DNA from: Felis catus
Lineage: Eukaryota
NCBI RefSeq assembly: GCF_018350175.1
Contig: NC_058368.1
Span: 45,572,001 to 45,636,000, forward strand
Direction of reading: 5' to 3'
Length of the DNA: 64,000 nt
The notes beneath the pieces were generated by a model. That model worked only from the letters and a program-made list of their open reading frames with translations. It ran no database searches and had not been told where the DNA came from. A program made the translations under genes and the position numbers. Shown in pieces: positions 25,182 through 38,686 of this stretch. Each line of letters opens with the position of its first letter. Position 1 is the first letter of the stretch.

Positions 25182-25403
25182 GGAGCACCTGGTGGCTCAG
25201 TTGGTTAAGCATCCGACTTTGGCTCAGGTCATGATTTCTCAATTAGTGAGTTCAAGCCCCATGTTGGGCTCTGTGCTGACAGCTCAGAGCCTGGAGCCTG
25301 CTTTGGATTCTGTGTCTCCCTATCTCTCTGCCCCTCCCCTGCTCATGCTCTGTCTCTGTCTCAAAAATAAACAAAACATTAAAAAAATTTTTTTTAATAA
25401 AAA
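25182..25403 (+). mobile_element. CAN-SINE
   Basis: Full body with A/B boxes; TSD-like AATAAGAAA. Confidence 0.96.
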
Positions 25404-27094
25404 AATAAGAAACCTAGACCTTTGACATTCATTTTTACAGGTGTAATTGGGATACAATAAACAATTTATACTGAACAATTTGATAAATTTTCATATATGT
25501 ATATACCCAAGAAGCATATATGTTTACATATCTGTACACACTCATGAAATCAACACCACATTCAAGATTATAAAATCATTCATCACACCAAAATGGTTAT
25601 CATACCTCTTTAGATTCTACCCATCCCCAAACTTTCCTCAATCTTCAAACATTGAATTGCTTATCTTCACAACAGATAAGTTTCATTTTCTAGATTGCAC
25701 ACAATGGAACCATATACTACGTATGCTATTAAAAAAAGGATTCTTTTACCCAGAATAATTATTTAGGATTAAACCATAATTATTAGAGATTACTGCAGTA
25801 GTATCAATAGTACAATAATATCAATAGTACACTTGTTTTTATCACTGAGTATAGTTCTATTGTCGGGATATACTGTATTTTTTCTAGTCTTTCACCAGTT
25901 GGTGAATATTTTTGTCATGTATTTTCTCTTAGAAAATGTTCCACATGCAGTTGAAAATAATGTGTATTCTGCCCATTGTGTTCTATAGATATCAATTAGG
26001 TCCAGTTAGTAATAGTGTTACTCAAATTCTTTCTATCTTTACTGAATTGTTCTCTACTTGTTCTATCAATTATCAAAGTAGTAGTGTCAAAATCCCTATA
26101 ATTGTGGAGTTGTGGATTTCTCTGTGAAGTCCTTAAAGTTTTACTTTATGCAGAGCATTGCTTTTTCAGTCTTGGATATTAGAAATGAAGACTTTTGGGA
26201 TTGCTAGGTCTTCTTGATAAATTGACATTTTATAAATAATACTCATAGTAATATATTCTGCTCTGAAAACTACTTAATCTGGTATTAAGACATTACCCTC
26301 AGAGCACATGCATGCACACGTTAGTATGGTATATTTTTCCCTATAAGGTTACTTTTAAACTATTTATCTTTATAATTATTTTCTTGAAAGCAATATATAT
26401 TTTGGTCTTAGTGTTTAATCTGAACTGGTGCTCCATGTCTTTTCTTTGTGATATGTCTATCACTTCATTTAATGTCATTGACATTAACAATATCATTGGC
26501 TTTAAATCTACTGTATTATTGCATATTTCTCTTAGTTCTCCATTTCCATCTTTTAGATGTAATATTTTTTAAAATTCCATTTATATATTTGTCTTTTTTT
26601 TTAGCCATAACCCTTTTGTTTTAGTTATTACTTTGAGATTTATAGCATACACCTTTACAATATTATAAGTAGCTTATATCATTTCACATATAGTATAACA
26701 GCCTTACAATAATACTTGCATTTCCCCTTCCATGCATTTATGATGTCTTTCATACATTTTACTTCAAATATATTATAAATCCAAATCCATACTATTTTTT
26801 ATTTAAACAGTTAATTTAAAAATAAGAATCTTTTATATATGGCTTCTAGTGATTTTATTCAAGTATTTGTCAATTTGTATCTAATGACTCTTCTCTGTAA
26901 GAAATAATTTACTTAACCCTTACTATAATTCAGAGATGTTAGAGATAAATCTCTGGTATAATTCAGCTTTTCCATGTCTGAAAAAAGTCTTTAGCTCAAC
27001 TTTGTGACAGATTTTCTCTGAGTACAGAATTTTAATTCATGTAGGGTTTTCTTTTGTATTATTATTGTTGGGTTTAGTTTTTCTCACTTGAACA

Positions 27095-27307
27095 ATTTTT
27101 TATTTTTTTTATGTTTATTCATTTTTGAGACAGAGACAGAGCATGAATGGGGAAAGTCAGAGAGAGAGGGAGACTCAGAATCTGAAACAGGCTCCAGGCT
27201 CTGAGCTGTCAGCACAGAGCCCGATGCGGGGCTCGAACTCACGGACCCTGAGATCATGACCTAAGCTGAACTCAGCCACCCAACCGTCTGAGCCACCCAG
27301 GCACCCC
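27095..27307 (-). mobile_element. CAN-SINE inside L1
   Basis: Full body; TSD CTCACTTGAACA. Confidence 0.97.
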
Positions 27308-28110
27308 TCACTTGAACAGTTTGAAGATTTTGCTCCTGTATCTTCTAGCTTGCACTATTACTATGAGTAGTCAGCTGTCATTGTTATCCTTGATCTCTAC
27401 ACAATTTTTCTCTCTGGATGCTTTTAAGATTTTCTCTACATATTTAATTTTAGTCTTTGGTATAGTTTTCTTCACTTTGTTAATGCTTAGAATTTATTGA
27501 GCATCTCTGATCTATGAGTTTGTTTCTAACAAATGTGGAAAATTTTCAGCCTTTTTCAAATCACTTTATTGCTTCAATCTTCTGTGAAAGAAAAAAATAT
27601 ATATCTTATTACATTCCTTAAAGTTGGCCCACAGTTTACTCATGTTCTTTTCACATTTTCTTCCAGTATTGTCCCGTTTAATTTTGGAATGTTACTGTTG
27701 TAGTTTAAGTTCAGTTACATTTTACAGTATATAATTTTATGTAAATATGACAGTACATTTTTCATTTCAGCCACCACCCAAGTTGAATTTGTTTCCCCAT
27801 TTCTTCTTCATATCCTCTTCTTCACATGCCCAGTCTTTGTCTTCTTGAATGTATAGAACATATATTAACTGTTTTTGTGTCTGAGGTATTACTTCTATAA
27901 TTGTTTTATTTTCATCTGTTTCAATTGATTTATTTTTCTACCTACTAAGAGTTTTATTTACAAGCTCTTTTTGCATGCCTGATAATTTCTATGTGGCACT
28001 CAGACATACTGAGTTTTACCTTGATCAGTGCTGGATATTCCTGTATTTTATTAACATTCCCGGGCTATGTTCTTGGATACAGTTTTTTGGAAAGAGATTG
28101 ATGTTTAGAA

Positions 28111-28306
28111 CAATAGTTCTCAACCAGCAGTAATTTTTTTTCCCCAGGGACATTAGTCAATATCTAGAGACATTTTTGGTTATCATAGTCAGGAGGGGCT
28201 GCTCAGTACTGGAATTAGTGGGTAGAGGCTAGAGATGCTTCCAAACATCCTACAAATCACAAGGCAATCCCACTATGAAGAATTACCTGGCTCAGAATAT
28301 CAGTAG
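28111..28306 (+). mobile_element. MER20 (hAT-Charlie) inside L1
   Basis: CAATAGTTCTCAACC...CCCCAGGGACATT...GAGACATTTTTGGTT...TAGTGGGTAGAGGCTAGAGATGCT...AAACATCCTACAA. Confidence 0.92.
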
Positions 28307-28945
28307 AATTATGTTTCAGAAGCTTGCTTTTAAGCTGTTTTTTTATCTGGGACAAGAGCGTCCACAATTTTAGGCCTAGCTTTGCCCACTAATGAGGCCC
28401 CTAACAGTGTGCCCCTGATATCCCAAAATTATCAGGGTTTTCAAATATGACTGATGGGGAAGACAGATCATTCCTGGCCCTATGTGAGCTTTAGTGATTG
28501 TTCCTCAGTTCCATTCAAATATCCTTTTTCATCAGCTTTACATTGTTTCCTCACACCAATGCCCTAAAGGAATTTAGCTCAAGACTCAGGAGGGGCCCTC
28601 TTCAGATTCCCAGAGCTCTGTCTCTATGCAGTTCTCTCTGGTTATTCTTTCTTGTGAACTGTTAACCTCCTTGACCTCAAGGTCCCCCAGCTCCTTTCTC
28701 TCCTCAGAAAGATCATCATGCTCCATTTGCATTCCCATTTATTAGCTGTGGTTGGGAAACCCCTCCAGGAAGTAAGCTGGGACAATTTAGGCTCACAACT
28801 GGTTGTTTTCCCAGAGAACCCTATTTTGCATTGTCAGTTCTCCTGCATCTAAAGAGCAGAGTTCTATGGATTTTGTGAGATTTTTTCAGTTGTGTATAGC
28901 ATGAGGGTAAATTTGGTTCCTGTTACTCTATCAGAAGTTTCTTGT

Positions 28946-29167
28946 GGGGCACCTGAATGGCTCAGTCGGTTAAGCATCCAACTTTGGGTCAGGTCATGAT
29001 GTCACGGTTTGAGGGTTTGGCCTCGTGTCGGCTCTGGCTCTGTGCTGATAGAGTGGAGCCTGCTTGGGATACTCTTTCTCTCCCTCTCTCTCTCTCTCTC
29101 TCTGCCCCTCACCCACTTGCATGTGTGCACATGTACGTGAGCTCTCTCTCAAATAAACTTAAAAAAA
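28946..29167 (+). mobile_element. CAN-SINE
   Basis: GGGGCACCTGAATGGCTCAGTCGGTTAAG head; TSD-like GTTTCTTG. Confidence 0.95.
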
Positions 29168-29515
29168 TGTTTCTTGCATTTTTTAGCACAGTATTCAAAA
29201 TTGAACAATAAACATATGCTTTCTTAGGAAAACTCGACTGGATCCATAATTTTAATAAAGTTTTATAAAGATGACATGTGTTTTAGAAGTTATGTTTCTT
29301 ATATACAAATATATTATTCAGAAAATGTTTTCCATACAATTACTTTATTGATATGTCTCGGGCATACAGAATTTTAATAGATTTTTCTCTGATGGCATTG
29401 GAGTTTTATATACATAATAGGTGATCACCCTACAAATTTACAGATAGGAAAGACAAATTTGTTGTTTTATTTAACATATATATTTATTTCTTCTAGGTCA
29501 ATAGTCACTTACGAA

Positions 29516-29727
29516 TTTTTTTTTCAACGTTTATTTATTTTTGGAACAGAGAGAGACAGAGCATGAACGGGGGAGGGGCAGAGAGAGAGGGAGACACAGA
29601 ATCGGAAACAGGCTCCAGGCTCTGAGCCATCAGCCCAGAGCCTGACGCGGGGCTCGAACTCACGGACCGCGAGATCGTGACCTGGCTGAAGTCGGACGCT
29701 TAACCGACTGCGCCACCCAGGCGCCCC
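29516..29727 (-). mobile_element. CAN-SINE, young subfamily
   Basis: CpGs retained; perfect TSD AGTCACTTACGAATTTT. Confidence 0.98.
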
Positions 29728-30104
29728 AAGTCACTTACGAATTTTTAAAAAATAACATACACAAAACATAAGTCTTCTTTTAAGCTATACTTATATATAA
29801 CTGTAAAACATGTTACTGGTTATGAGGTGGAAGGAATAGACAAATATGGAAGCAGGAGTTATAGTGAGAATTCCTAATTTGCCCTCATGGAGTTTCAATA
29901 TCTTGGACAACTGATCTATTAGCTACAGCTGGGGGATATAGAGGACACCGGAGACAGTGCTATCAGCCTCTACAAGCATTGGAATGACTGTGACAAGTGG
30001 ATAAAAACTTCCAAGTAAATGAATGAATATAAAATAGTACTCAGTGACTGCAGGTCTCGGGTTTCTCATATCTAAATGCAGATGATAGATACTGTGAATA
30101 CATA

Positions 30105-30325
30105 ATATTTAGTATGCACTTAACTTTGTGAAAGGGCCATTGTATGTGTTACTTAATATTTACAAGATTTCTTCTTTGTAAATGCTACAATTACCTTCAT
30201 TTCACAGGTGTGAAAATAGGCACAAAGGAATAATCTTAATTCCAGGAAGAACAAATAACAAATGCTTTTTATTGGCAGAGCAAGACTATGTATTCTAATT
30301 CCTACTCAATACTCTTTTCACACAG
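30105..30325 (-). mobile_element. MIR, decayed
   Basis: CATTTCACAGGTGTGAAAATAGGCACAAAG...TGGCAGAGCAAGA. Confidence 0.55.
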
Positions 30326-30587
30326 AAGTAGTAAGAACAATGTCTTATGCTTCTGTCTCCCTTACCAGTAGAGTACCCTCAATAGGCTTAAGACATGGAA
30401 TATATATTTCAACAAGCAAACAAATCCCACCATATTATACAGCAATAATAGAGTATATAGTATATTAATGGATAGAGGGCAGGGAAATGAAAGCTGGTTT
30501 TGAGTCAGAATATCTGGATATAAGCCTTTGTTATGCTGCTAATCATTCACCAAATACGGAGAGCTCAATTCTGTCAGGACCTCTGAC

Positions 30588-30646
30588 AAATAAATAAATA
30601 AATACATACATACATACATACATACATACATACATACATACATACA
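30588..30646. repeat. Compound (AAAT)n(ACAT)n tetranucleotide repeat
   Basis: Seen directly. Confidence 0.96.
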
Positions 30647-30830
30647 GAAAATGATGAACTTCTTTGGATATATAAATATCTACAATTATATATACATGTA
30701 TTTTTTAAACATCTATATATATCTATATCCATATTTGCCAGGTTGTATTAATCTACCTATTTATATAGACAAACACATATATCCTAGTTATATGTCAGTT
30801 ACTTTGATGCCAGATTAGTTCAAAGTGCTA

Positions 30831-31035
30831 TTTTTTTTAAGTTTATTTATTTTGATAGATACACAGACAGTGTGAGCGGGGGAGGGCAGAGAGAGAGGGA
30901 AAAAGAATCTGAAGTAGGCTCTGCACTGCCAGTGGTGGAGAGTGATGTTGGTCTCAAACTCATGAACTGTGAGCTCATGACCTGAGCTGAAACCAAGAGT
31001 TGGTTGCTTAATCGACTGAGACACCCAGGAACCTC
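30831..31035 (-). mobile_element. CAN-SINE
   Basis: Full body; TSD TAGTTCA(A/G)AGTGCT. Confidence 0.95.
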
Positions 31036-33187
31036 TAGTTCAGAGTGCTTTTTAATCTCTTTAATTCAATTTAATTGAGGAAATATACTCACCCTTATGA
31101 ATTAGCATATTGTCTACTTCAGATAAGTAATGGTAGGTCATTCACTTTAACTTAATGAAGAGGACTGATTTTGTTTCATAATATCAATCATGTGAAACTT
31201 AGTCAAAAATATCCTCTTTATAGTTTTCATGGAAGATAACACCAGTAATTGTGTGCAGCCCTTTAACTGAAATTTACTCTCAAAGAGCTAAGTAGAATGA
31301 ATACTACAAAAAGTAGGACTCTAGAAATGTATCTGTTAATTATAAAACAACTACAATTCTACCACACACCTCAAAACAACATCAAAAACAAATTTTTTAA
31401 TACTATCTCTGATTTACTTTATCTGTGCTTTGGGGAAACATATTTGAAAATAAAGAAAAACCTATCTCAAGTGACATTATTTCAGTATTTTTTCTCACAG
31501 TTGTAATATGTAGACATTACAATATCCTGATATTTTCTACAGCCACTTTGTAGTGGGACATATAAATACTGTCACATACTGGGTCACTGCAAGCTGAATA
31601 TATTTTCTAAATCTGTTAGCTATCATGTCAGCAATTCTTAGAAAACAGATCCAAAACAGCAGATGGCTGAGAATTTAGATTCCCTGTACTTAAACTAGTA
31701 GTAAAGATGTCATTACTAATCCACAGACCCAACTGAATCTTTGAATTCTTCAACAGAATGTTTCTATATATTGCTTAATTATTTTCCAGACTTGCAGGTT
31801 CAAGGTAATCTGACTCTTAACTACTGCATATTAATCTGTCATGGCATATAGCTTATGGGATTTTTTTTTATGGACTGACTTACAAAGAAATATTTTTATT
31901 GATAGAGTTAAATCTTTTTTTTTATGTGCCTGATTCTCTGGAAGAAAGAAAAACATGTAACTGCACTTAAATCAGTAAAGAATTATAATTTGAGATAAAA
32001 TTTATCTCAACAGTACTCATATTCAGTTGATAGAATCAGATTTGACCTTGAATTGAGAAGTGAAAGGTTACATTATAAATCTATAGCTACCAATACTCAC
32101 CCTATCCTTTATGATTTCAGTTGTATTTAATATTATTTTAAGTGGAGCCATCAATAAATTCTGAAATCAGATTCTGGTGAACAAGAACTTCACTTGTATT
32201 TGGAAGGTGCAATTATGCAATATTGATTTGATTTTCATGTTCAAAGAAAAAAACTACAAATTCACGAATCTTCCCATTAGAATGGTATTAATAAAGGTTG
32301 ATTAATGTACATTATGTAAACATTGTTTAATCTTAGTAATAAGTTGGAGAAACAGCAGAGAGAGACTGCTTATTTTTTATTTAACAATGAAGAAAAATGT
32401 AGGACATTTAAAAAGTGTTATATATTTCTGAATATATGCAAGGTCAAGTGGTTCTTGTAAATGAGGACATCTGAAAAATATCATCTGGTCACTCTCAAGT
32501 ATTTATGAATGACTCTCAAAGGGTAGGACACTAAGTTGTTATGGGATTTGAAAATGTACTTGAGTTGGGTGCTACCACTTGAGATAAATAGGTACATGTG
32601 CACAGACACACCTGGTCTCAATAATTATAAAGTTCTTATTACTGATACAGTATTTATCCAAGTGAACAAAAGTTACTTGGACTTCTGGGAAATTTTACAG
32701 AATTAAACATTACAATCTGCCAAAATTTTGAAAAGCATCATAATTTCTATGGCATTTAACAAATTGATACTCTCTGACATATTAATTGCTTAGTTTAATA
32801 TAATTTTTTCTTTCAGAATTCCCATACAATAGATTACACCTATAAGAATATCATTTGTTTGAAATCACTGACAAATCTACAAAGTATTACTGCTTTGAGT
32901 TGGGTATTACTTGTAATTTACAAATAAAGAAATAGAGGTGTAGTAAATTAAAGTCACATAGTGACAGAATCAATAATTTCATCTCGCTTTTCTGATTTCA
33001 AAATTCAGACTCTTTCCACTACTACCTTACATTCCCAGAAATAAGAATTTATTTGCAAGGTCTTATCAAAATAATTCTATAGAAAAGCTACTTGACTAAA
33101 GTGCCAGTATGTTGGGAAAACAGAGAAAAATGAAAAATAATATTATCTAGAAAAATGTAAAACATTATGCAATAAGGCAAAATGATT

Positions 33188-33397
33188 AAAAACTTTTTTT
33201 AAGTTTATTTATTTTGAGAGAGTGAAAAAGAGAACATGAGTCAGGTAGGGGCAGAGAGAGAGGGAGAGAAAATTCTAAGCCGGCTCAGCGCTATCAGCAC
33301 AGAGCCCGATGTAGGGCTCAACCTCGCAAACTGAGATTGTGACCAGAGGTGAGATCAAGAGTCAGATGCTTAAGCAACTAAGCCACTCAGGCACCCC
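33188..33397 (-). mobile_element. CAN-SINE
   Basis: Full body; imperfect TSD AAGGCA(AA/GC)ATGATT. Confidence 0.95.
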
Positions 33398-33897
33398 AAG
33401 GCAGCATGATTTTAAAATACAAAAATTATATTAATTACTCTGATTTTGTTAAGACATGTAGCTTCTTGGGGGCAAGCACTTTCTCAAGTCTGTACTCAGG
33501 CTCTATATCACCTTTTACGAATATATGCATGTATTCATATTATAAATGTAGGACCAATTTAGGGAACAGAGGTTAGCAGATATAAAGAAGATGATTTTAG
33601 CAACCAGAGATATACACATAATAGAACTGACTGCCTCAAAGTTTAGTGAAACACTCGCCATTAGAATTGCCTAAAATTAAGCTACATAGCAATGATAAAT
33701 TCTACTAGACATTATGTATTTGTCAACTGGTTGATAAAAATAATAAAAAAAATAATAAAAATCAATGAGTGTTATAGAGTCTACCAGCATCAGAATTTCA
33801 GACAGTTACCTTACTTGGAATAAAAGCAATTATAAGTTCCTAATTATAAACTGGGTATCAAATTGTATTATCATTAAAGTTCGGTCACCATTTACAA

Positions 33898-34280
33898 TGT
33901 TTGCAAGGTGTTTCTCCATACCAAGCAATTCTCCAACACCAGCTGGGTACCTATAAATTTAAGTAAATTTTGACACTAGTCACCCAGAAATAGCATCAGA
34001 CAGGCTAAAGGCCAAGTCCCACAAGATTGTCCCTCCCCCTATTCTACTTCAGAAGTCAGTTTCAAGTCCAGTCTGTCACCTGCGCTTCTGAAAGCCTTTT
34101 ATACATCACAGGATCCAATGATTCCCTCCTCAGATTTAATTAATTTGCTAGAACAGCTCACAGAACTCAAAGAAACATTTTACTTACTAGATCATGGGTT
34201 TAGTATAAAAGGATATAATGTGCAACAGCTAGAGAGAAGAAATGCATAGGAAAAGGCCTGGGGAAAAGGCAGGCACGTTC
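33898..34280 (-). mobile_element. MER21-like ERV LTR fragment
   Basis: CACCAGCTGGGTACC...GTCCCACAAGA...TAATTTGCTAGAACAGCTCACAGAACTCA...ATGCATAGG matches the recalled MER21-group 3' half. Confidence 0.75.
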
Positions 34281-34294
34281 TCATTTATCAAAGG

Positions 34295-34510
34295 GAACTG
34301 GGCTTGAGACCCAGGCTTTGTCATTTATGACCTGTGTAGCTCTGAATGTATTTTCTCTCAGAGACTCAGTTACCTGATCTAAAAAACAAGCAAAACCAAA
34401 ACAAGATGAACAACAAAAACCTTTTTTTAAATTTGTGGTGAAGGTTAATTGCAAAACTACAAGGCACATTTAGGCAGAATACACCATCAATAAATGTTAA
34501 AGGTATTATT
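34295..34510 (+). mobile_element. MIR, decayed
   Basis: CTGGGCTTGAGACCCAGGCTTTG...CTCAGTTACCTGATCTAAAAA...TTGTGGTGAAGGTTAA...CAATAAATGTTA. Confidence 0.65.
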
Positions 34511-35520
34511 GAAATTTTGTCAAACTACTTTAAATTAGATGTGATATATTTTGAACAAAAAGAATGGGCTCATCATGTCCATAGAAGCTGTCTTCATAGT
34601 GACAAAATGCCTTTGATTGGGGGCAACTGTCACAAACAACTGGGACACTGAGTATCACAAGGGTAAAATGGACCTTAAAAATTAACTTTCTTTTTGTATT
34701 ACTGAGGAAAATTCTTCCAAATGATAACATGACTTTAGTAAGGTCACTGAATAAGTTAAATGGTGCACAAGATGTAGAGCCCAGGTCTTCCTTCCTTGAG
34801 TATCTCCTTGTCAGATACCCTAAGTCAACCTCTCAGATACTGGTGATTACTGCATTGATCAATGTTTAGATTCCTTTCCTAACAAGTACACAATTTATTA
34901 AAAAGACCTGTAAGTACAAAGTAACTTAAGAATATAGGATAAAGTATTGAGCAATTTTTAATAGGAACAGGACATTACTTATAATACCATACCTATTCTG
35001 TTTGATCTCTCATTCTCCATTTCCTGGCCCCTTACCAGTTCTGTTAAAGTGAGTGTCGCAATATCCAGGTGCTTTGTCGATTTCCTCAACTTTTTAATAC
35101 TGTTCATAAAAATATGTTAGCTCTAAATAATCTCAATTTAGTAATTTTTTTAAAAAATGACTATTTCGGGGGCATCTTTATAAGTCTCTTTTAAAAATAT
35201 AACAGTATTAATGACTAGGTAACATGGTTTATATGAATCAAGATTTTTATGAGGTTGAATAGAATATGCTGATTCTTTTAGGGGCATGTATTTAGTAAGA
35301 CATTTAATCCCACAATATCTTAACTTTCCTTTCATCAAAAAGTTTAATAATAATGTGGTTGAAATATAAATTACCAGAGAACCTCCTCTTTTCAAAGGAA
35401 AGAAAAGGTAAGGAAACAGTTTGATACTGTGGATCTGTTTAGATTACCTGGTGTTTTGTAGGCCTGATAAAATTTAGAAAAATAACTAATGTTTTCTGTA
35501 GCAGCAATACTTGATAAAAA

Positions 35521-35679
35521 TGTATTCTCAAGAGAACTTCCAAAATATTCTGTGACTCTTCTTAAAATGCAGATTCATGGACTCAATGACATAGCACGTC
35601 TGAGCTAGAATCCCCAAGGTTGCATTCTTAACAAGTTCCTATGGTGTTTCTTAAGCATTTTTAAGTTGAAGAACCACTG
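35521..35679 (+). mobile_element. MER5-like hAT DNA transposon
   Basis: TTAAAATGCAGATTC...TGCATTCTTAACAAGTTCC...AAGTTGAAGAACCACTG. Confidence 0.7.
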
Positions 35680-36074
35680 GTATTTTGACCCTTCAAGAGC
35701 TCAAGTTCTTAAAAAAAATGTTCTGCTCAAAAAAGCCTTGATATTGAGTACAATATAGAATATTCTTAAGAATTTTCACATTAGCTGAACACACATCCTC
35801 AAATTTTCTGGCTGGTGGAATTAAAATAACTTTTCTGTAACTTTTTGGAAATTATTTTAAGTACACAATTTTCAGAGGTATGTATATTCAAATTTATCTT
35901 TGGCTGTATCTGTAAATACCAGCTGCTTGAGTATTTTTGATTGAACAAATATTTTCTAATTTAGACTTTGTATTCTACCACTAAAGGCCAATAAATAAAA
36001 CTTATTGATTTTACTATATCTCTGACATACATTAATTTATATTCTTAGGCTTTAATTTTACAAACTGTACATAG

Positions 36075-36313
36075 GATTTATTATATGCCAGGGACTGTTT
36101 AATCAACTACCCAAATATCAAATCATGTAATCTTTATTGCAATCCTAAGAGTTAGGTGTTATTATCTCCTTTTACAGGTTAGGAAACTGAGGCAAGGAGA
36201 GACTAAGTAATTTACCCAGCACCCTTTTGGTAGCCTAAGGTGATGAAACAAGAATTCAAACCCAGTCAGTCTGGCCCAGAGTCTATACCCTTAACTCATA
36301 CTGTGCTGCCTCT
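36075..36313 (-). mobile_element. MIR, near full length
   Basis: TTTTACAGGTTAGGAAACTGAGGCA...AAGTAATTTACCCA...ATTCAAACCCAGTCAGTCTGGC. Confidence 0.9.
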
Positions 36314-38360
36314 GACAGGAGATTGATAAATTTCTTTGAGGTCAAAAGTTGGAAGCTTTGATTTTATTGGGCTTTTTGCCTAATTCTTTCGATAGTTAAG
36401 TGAGAAAGAGGCCAATTGAAAAAAAAATCTGTTTGAACAGGTCTTATTAGAAATCCATCCTTTGGGCATGCTTCTCTAACATAATGTCTTATTTTATTTT
36501 GTAGGATTTGCAATTAAAAATTATTTCATCAAAAATTAATATTCCAAATCAGTACAACGAAGCTTGACTGTTATTTTCCTCTTGTAAAATCAGTCACCAC
36601 ACAAAAAGGAATTGAACAGGGTTTTGCTGTGTGTTTGACTTTACTATTTCTATTACAGAAGCTCTTCATCACCATGGACTTGAATGTTAAGAAAAAAAAT
36701 TAATATGGTTTATAGCAGTAATCCTCTTAAATGCTTGAGACTATGCCAGCTTTCAACTAACAAGCCAGGTTATTAACGGCTGCGGTCCTACAACACTCAG
36801 GGATTATTGTCTAGGTCTGCTGACGAGGCATTGCTAGTGACCAGTTTGTAAAATGCAATCTGTTATTTTATTTCACAACCTGATCAATGAATAAAACTGC
36901 TTGAAGTACAAAAACCTGCCTTCCCAACCAGCTGATGATTTTTGCAATACATAGAATTGAATGGCTCTTTTTATGTGTGATTAAAGGTTCTGATTATTAC
37001 CTGTGTAAGTTATCTGGCAGCTTTTTTTTTTGGCTTTTGGTTTGATCAAGTAAACTTGAAAAGAACATCAAGATTTAAAAAAAAAAATTAACATTACCTT
37101 TGACTAAAAAAATGACAGCTCTGTCAGGAGACTGTCTCCCCTCACCTGATTCTTAATATGGAATTTCTGACAAGTATACAGATTTGCCTTAATTATTTAT
37201 TCATTTCATTGAAACCATCTTCATCTGCTTTAAATTTCTAATAAGTCTATTTAAATAAAGAGAATCCTATTTGAATGTTGATTTTATACTTTAAAAATCA
37301 TGAAGGTGTCTGTATTTATACAGAAGTGGTATGATGCAGTGGTAATGGTTCTATCAGTAAATGGCCAAAGTAAAAATGCTAATTACATTAGATAATGACA
37401 TGATAGCACTTCAAACCGAGTTAGTATAAAATAGCTACAGATATCAGTGAATTACACAACAATAAAATAGCATTACTGTTGCCAGAAAATATGGAGGATA
37501 CAAACTGAAAACAGAAGAAGGAAAAAAAATCTGTATTTCTTCACGAGTAAGTTGGGTCAAATAGGACATTTTCCTTTGGCATAGTAAACAGGGCAATTGT
37601 CCCTTTCCCTGTGCTGAGGCCCGGATTCAAATTTTCACATTGTTTTATTTGTTTTGCTTAGCTTGATTGGGTTGATTTTACTGTTTCATTAAAAGCACAA
37701 TAGCTCTGATCCGAACAGCTGCCTACCCACCCCCTACCCCCCCACCTCTTCCATGGACTTCCAGATCATATTTTGGCAAATTAGCATATCATAAGTATCT
37801 AAATTCAGCATGAATTTGCATCCTGTCCCTCACTCCTGGCAAAAGCTACTCTACTCTTTCCCCTGAAGTATGTATATTGGAAGTATGAAGTCTTTGGATT
37901 TAAACACCATGCAATCCATCTATCTGAAAGGCAGTTAAAAGAGACTCTGGGTATGGTGAATATTTTATTTCCAGTTTAGTTCTAAGGATTCCCCCCCCCC
38001 CATCTTTTAAATAACAGTGGGACAGAGGCAGGTAGGAAACATTTTTCCTCCTCCCACAGAGAGACAGATGCAAGTGTAAACACTTAAACTAGCATTACAG
38101 GTGGGAGAATGAAAGTCAAGTCAAAACGTTTTCAAAAAGGAAATTAGGCAGTTAATCCTATGTGGATTTTCACTCAAAAGTCTTGGTGAAAATACTAAAT
38201 CCTACAAGAGTCCTCTGGGTGACAGACCTCAAAATTCTATTTTGATGAGAAAGCTAATAGAGGAATATATTTTTCCTTGTATATTTTGAAGTTCTACTGT
38301 CTTGTTTAGTTGCTTAGATTTCTGAAATGGAATTGACAATTCAAAAATAATTTTCTTTCA

Positions 38361-38572
38361 GTGGTGCCTGGGTAGCTCAGTCGGTTAAGAGTCAGACTCT
38401 TGACTTCTGCTCAAGTCATGATCTCACAGTTCATGAGTCTGAGCAGCCCATTGGACTCTGTGCTGGTAGCACAGAGCCTGCTTGGGAATCTTTCTCTCTC
38501 TCTCTCTCTCTGTCCCTCCCATGTTTGCTATTTCCCTCTCTAAATAAATAAAAATAAACTTTAGGGAAAGGA
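38361..38572 (+). mobile_element. CAN-SINE
   Basis: Full body; TSD AAAAATAATTTTCTTTCAG. Confidence 0.96.
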
Positions 38573-38633
38573 AAAAAATAATTTTCTTTCAGATTTCAAG
38601 GCATATGCTCCAAATTTCTTAGGCAGGTGCTCC

Positions 38634-38686
38634 AAAACAAAACAAAACAAAACAAAACAAAAAACAAGAAAAAAACAACAACAAAA
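38634..38686. repeat. (CAAAA)n / A-rich repeat
   Basis: Seen directly. Confidence 0.9.

Larger units (their letters stand above)
25425..28940 (-). mobile_element. Old L1 (L1MC/MD-like): 3' UTR piece, then endonuclease/ORF1/5' UTR region
   Basis: 3' UTR motifs at 25430-25910; AATGTTCCACATGCAGTTGAAAATAATGTGTATTCTG (antisense endonuclease region); 5' end GAGGGTAAATTTGGTTCCTGTTACTC. Confidence 0.8.

Noticed and set aside
29227..29252. U1 snRNA-like words (AAACTCGACTG...CATAATTT)
   Set aside because: Only about 20 matching bases with an insertion and no flanking U1 similarity; consistent with chance.
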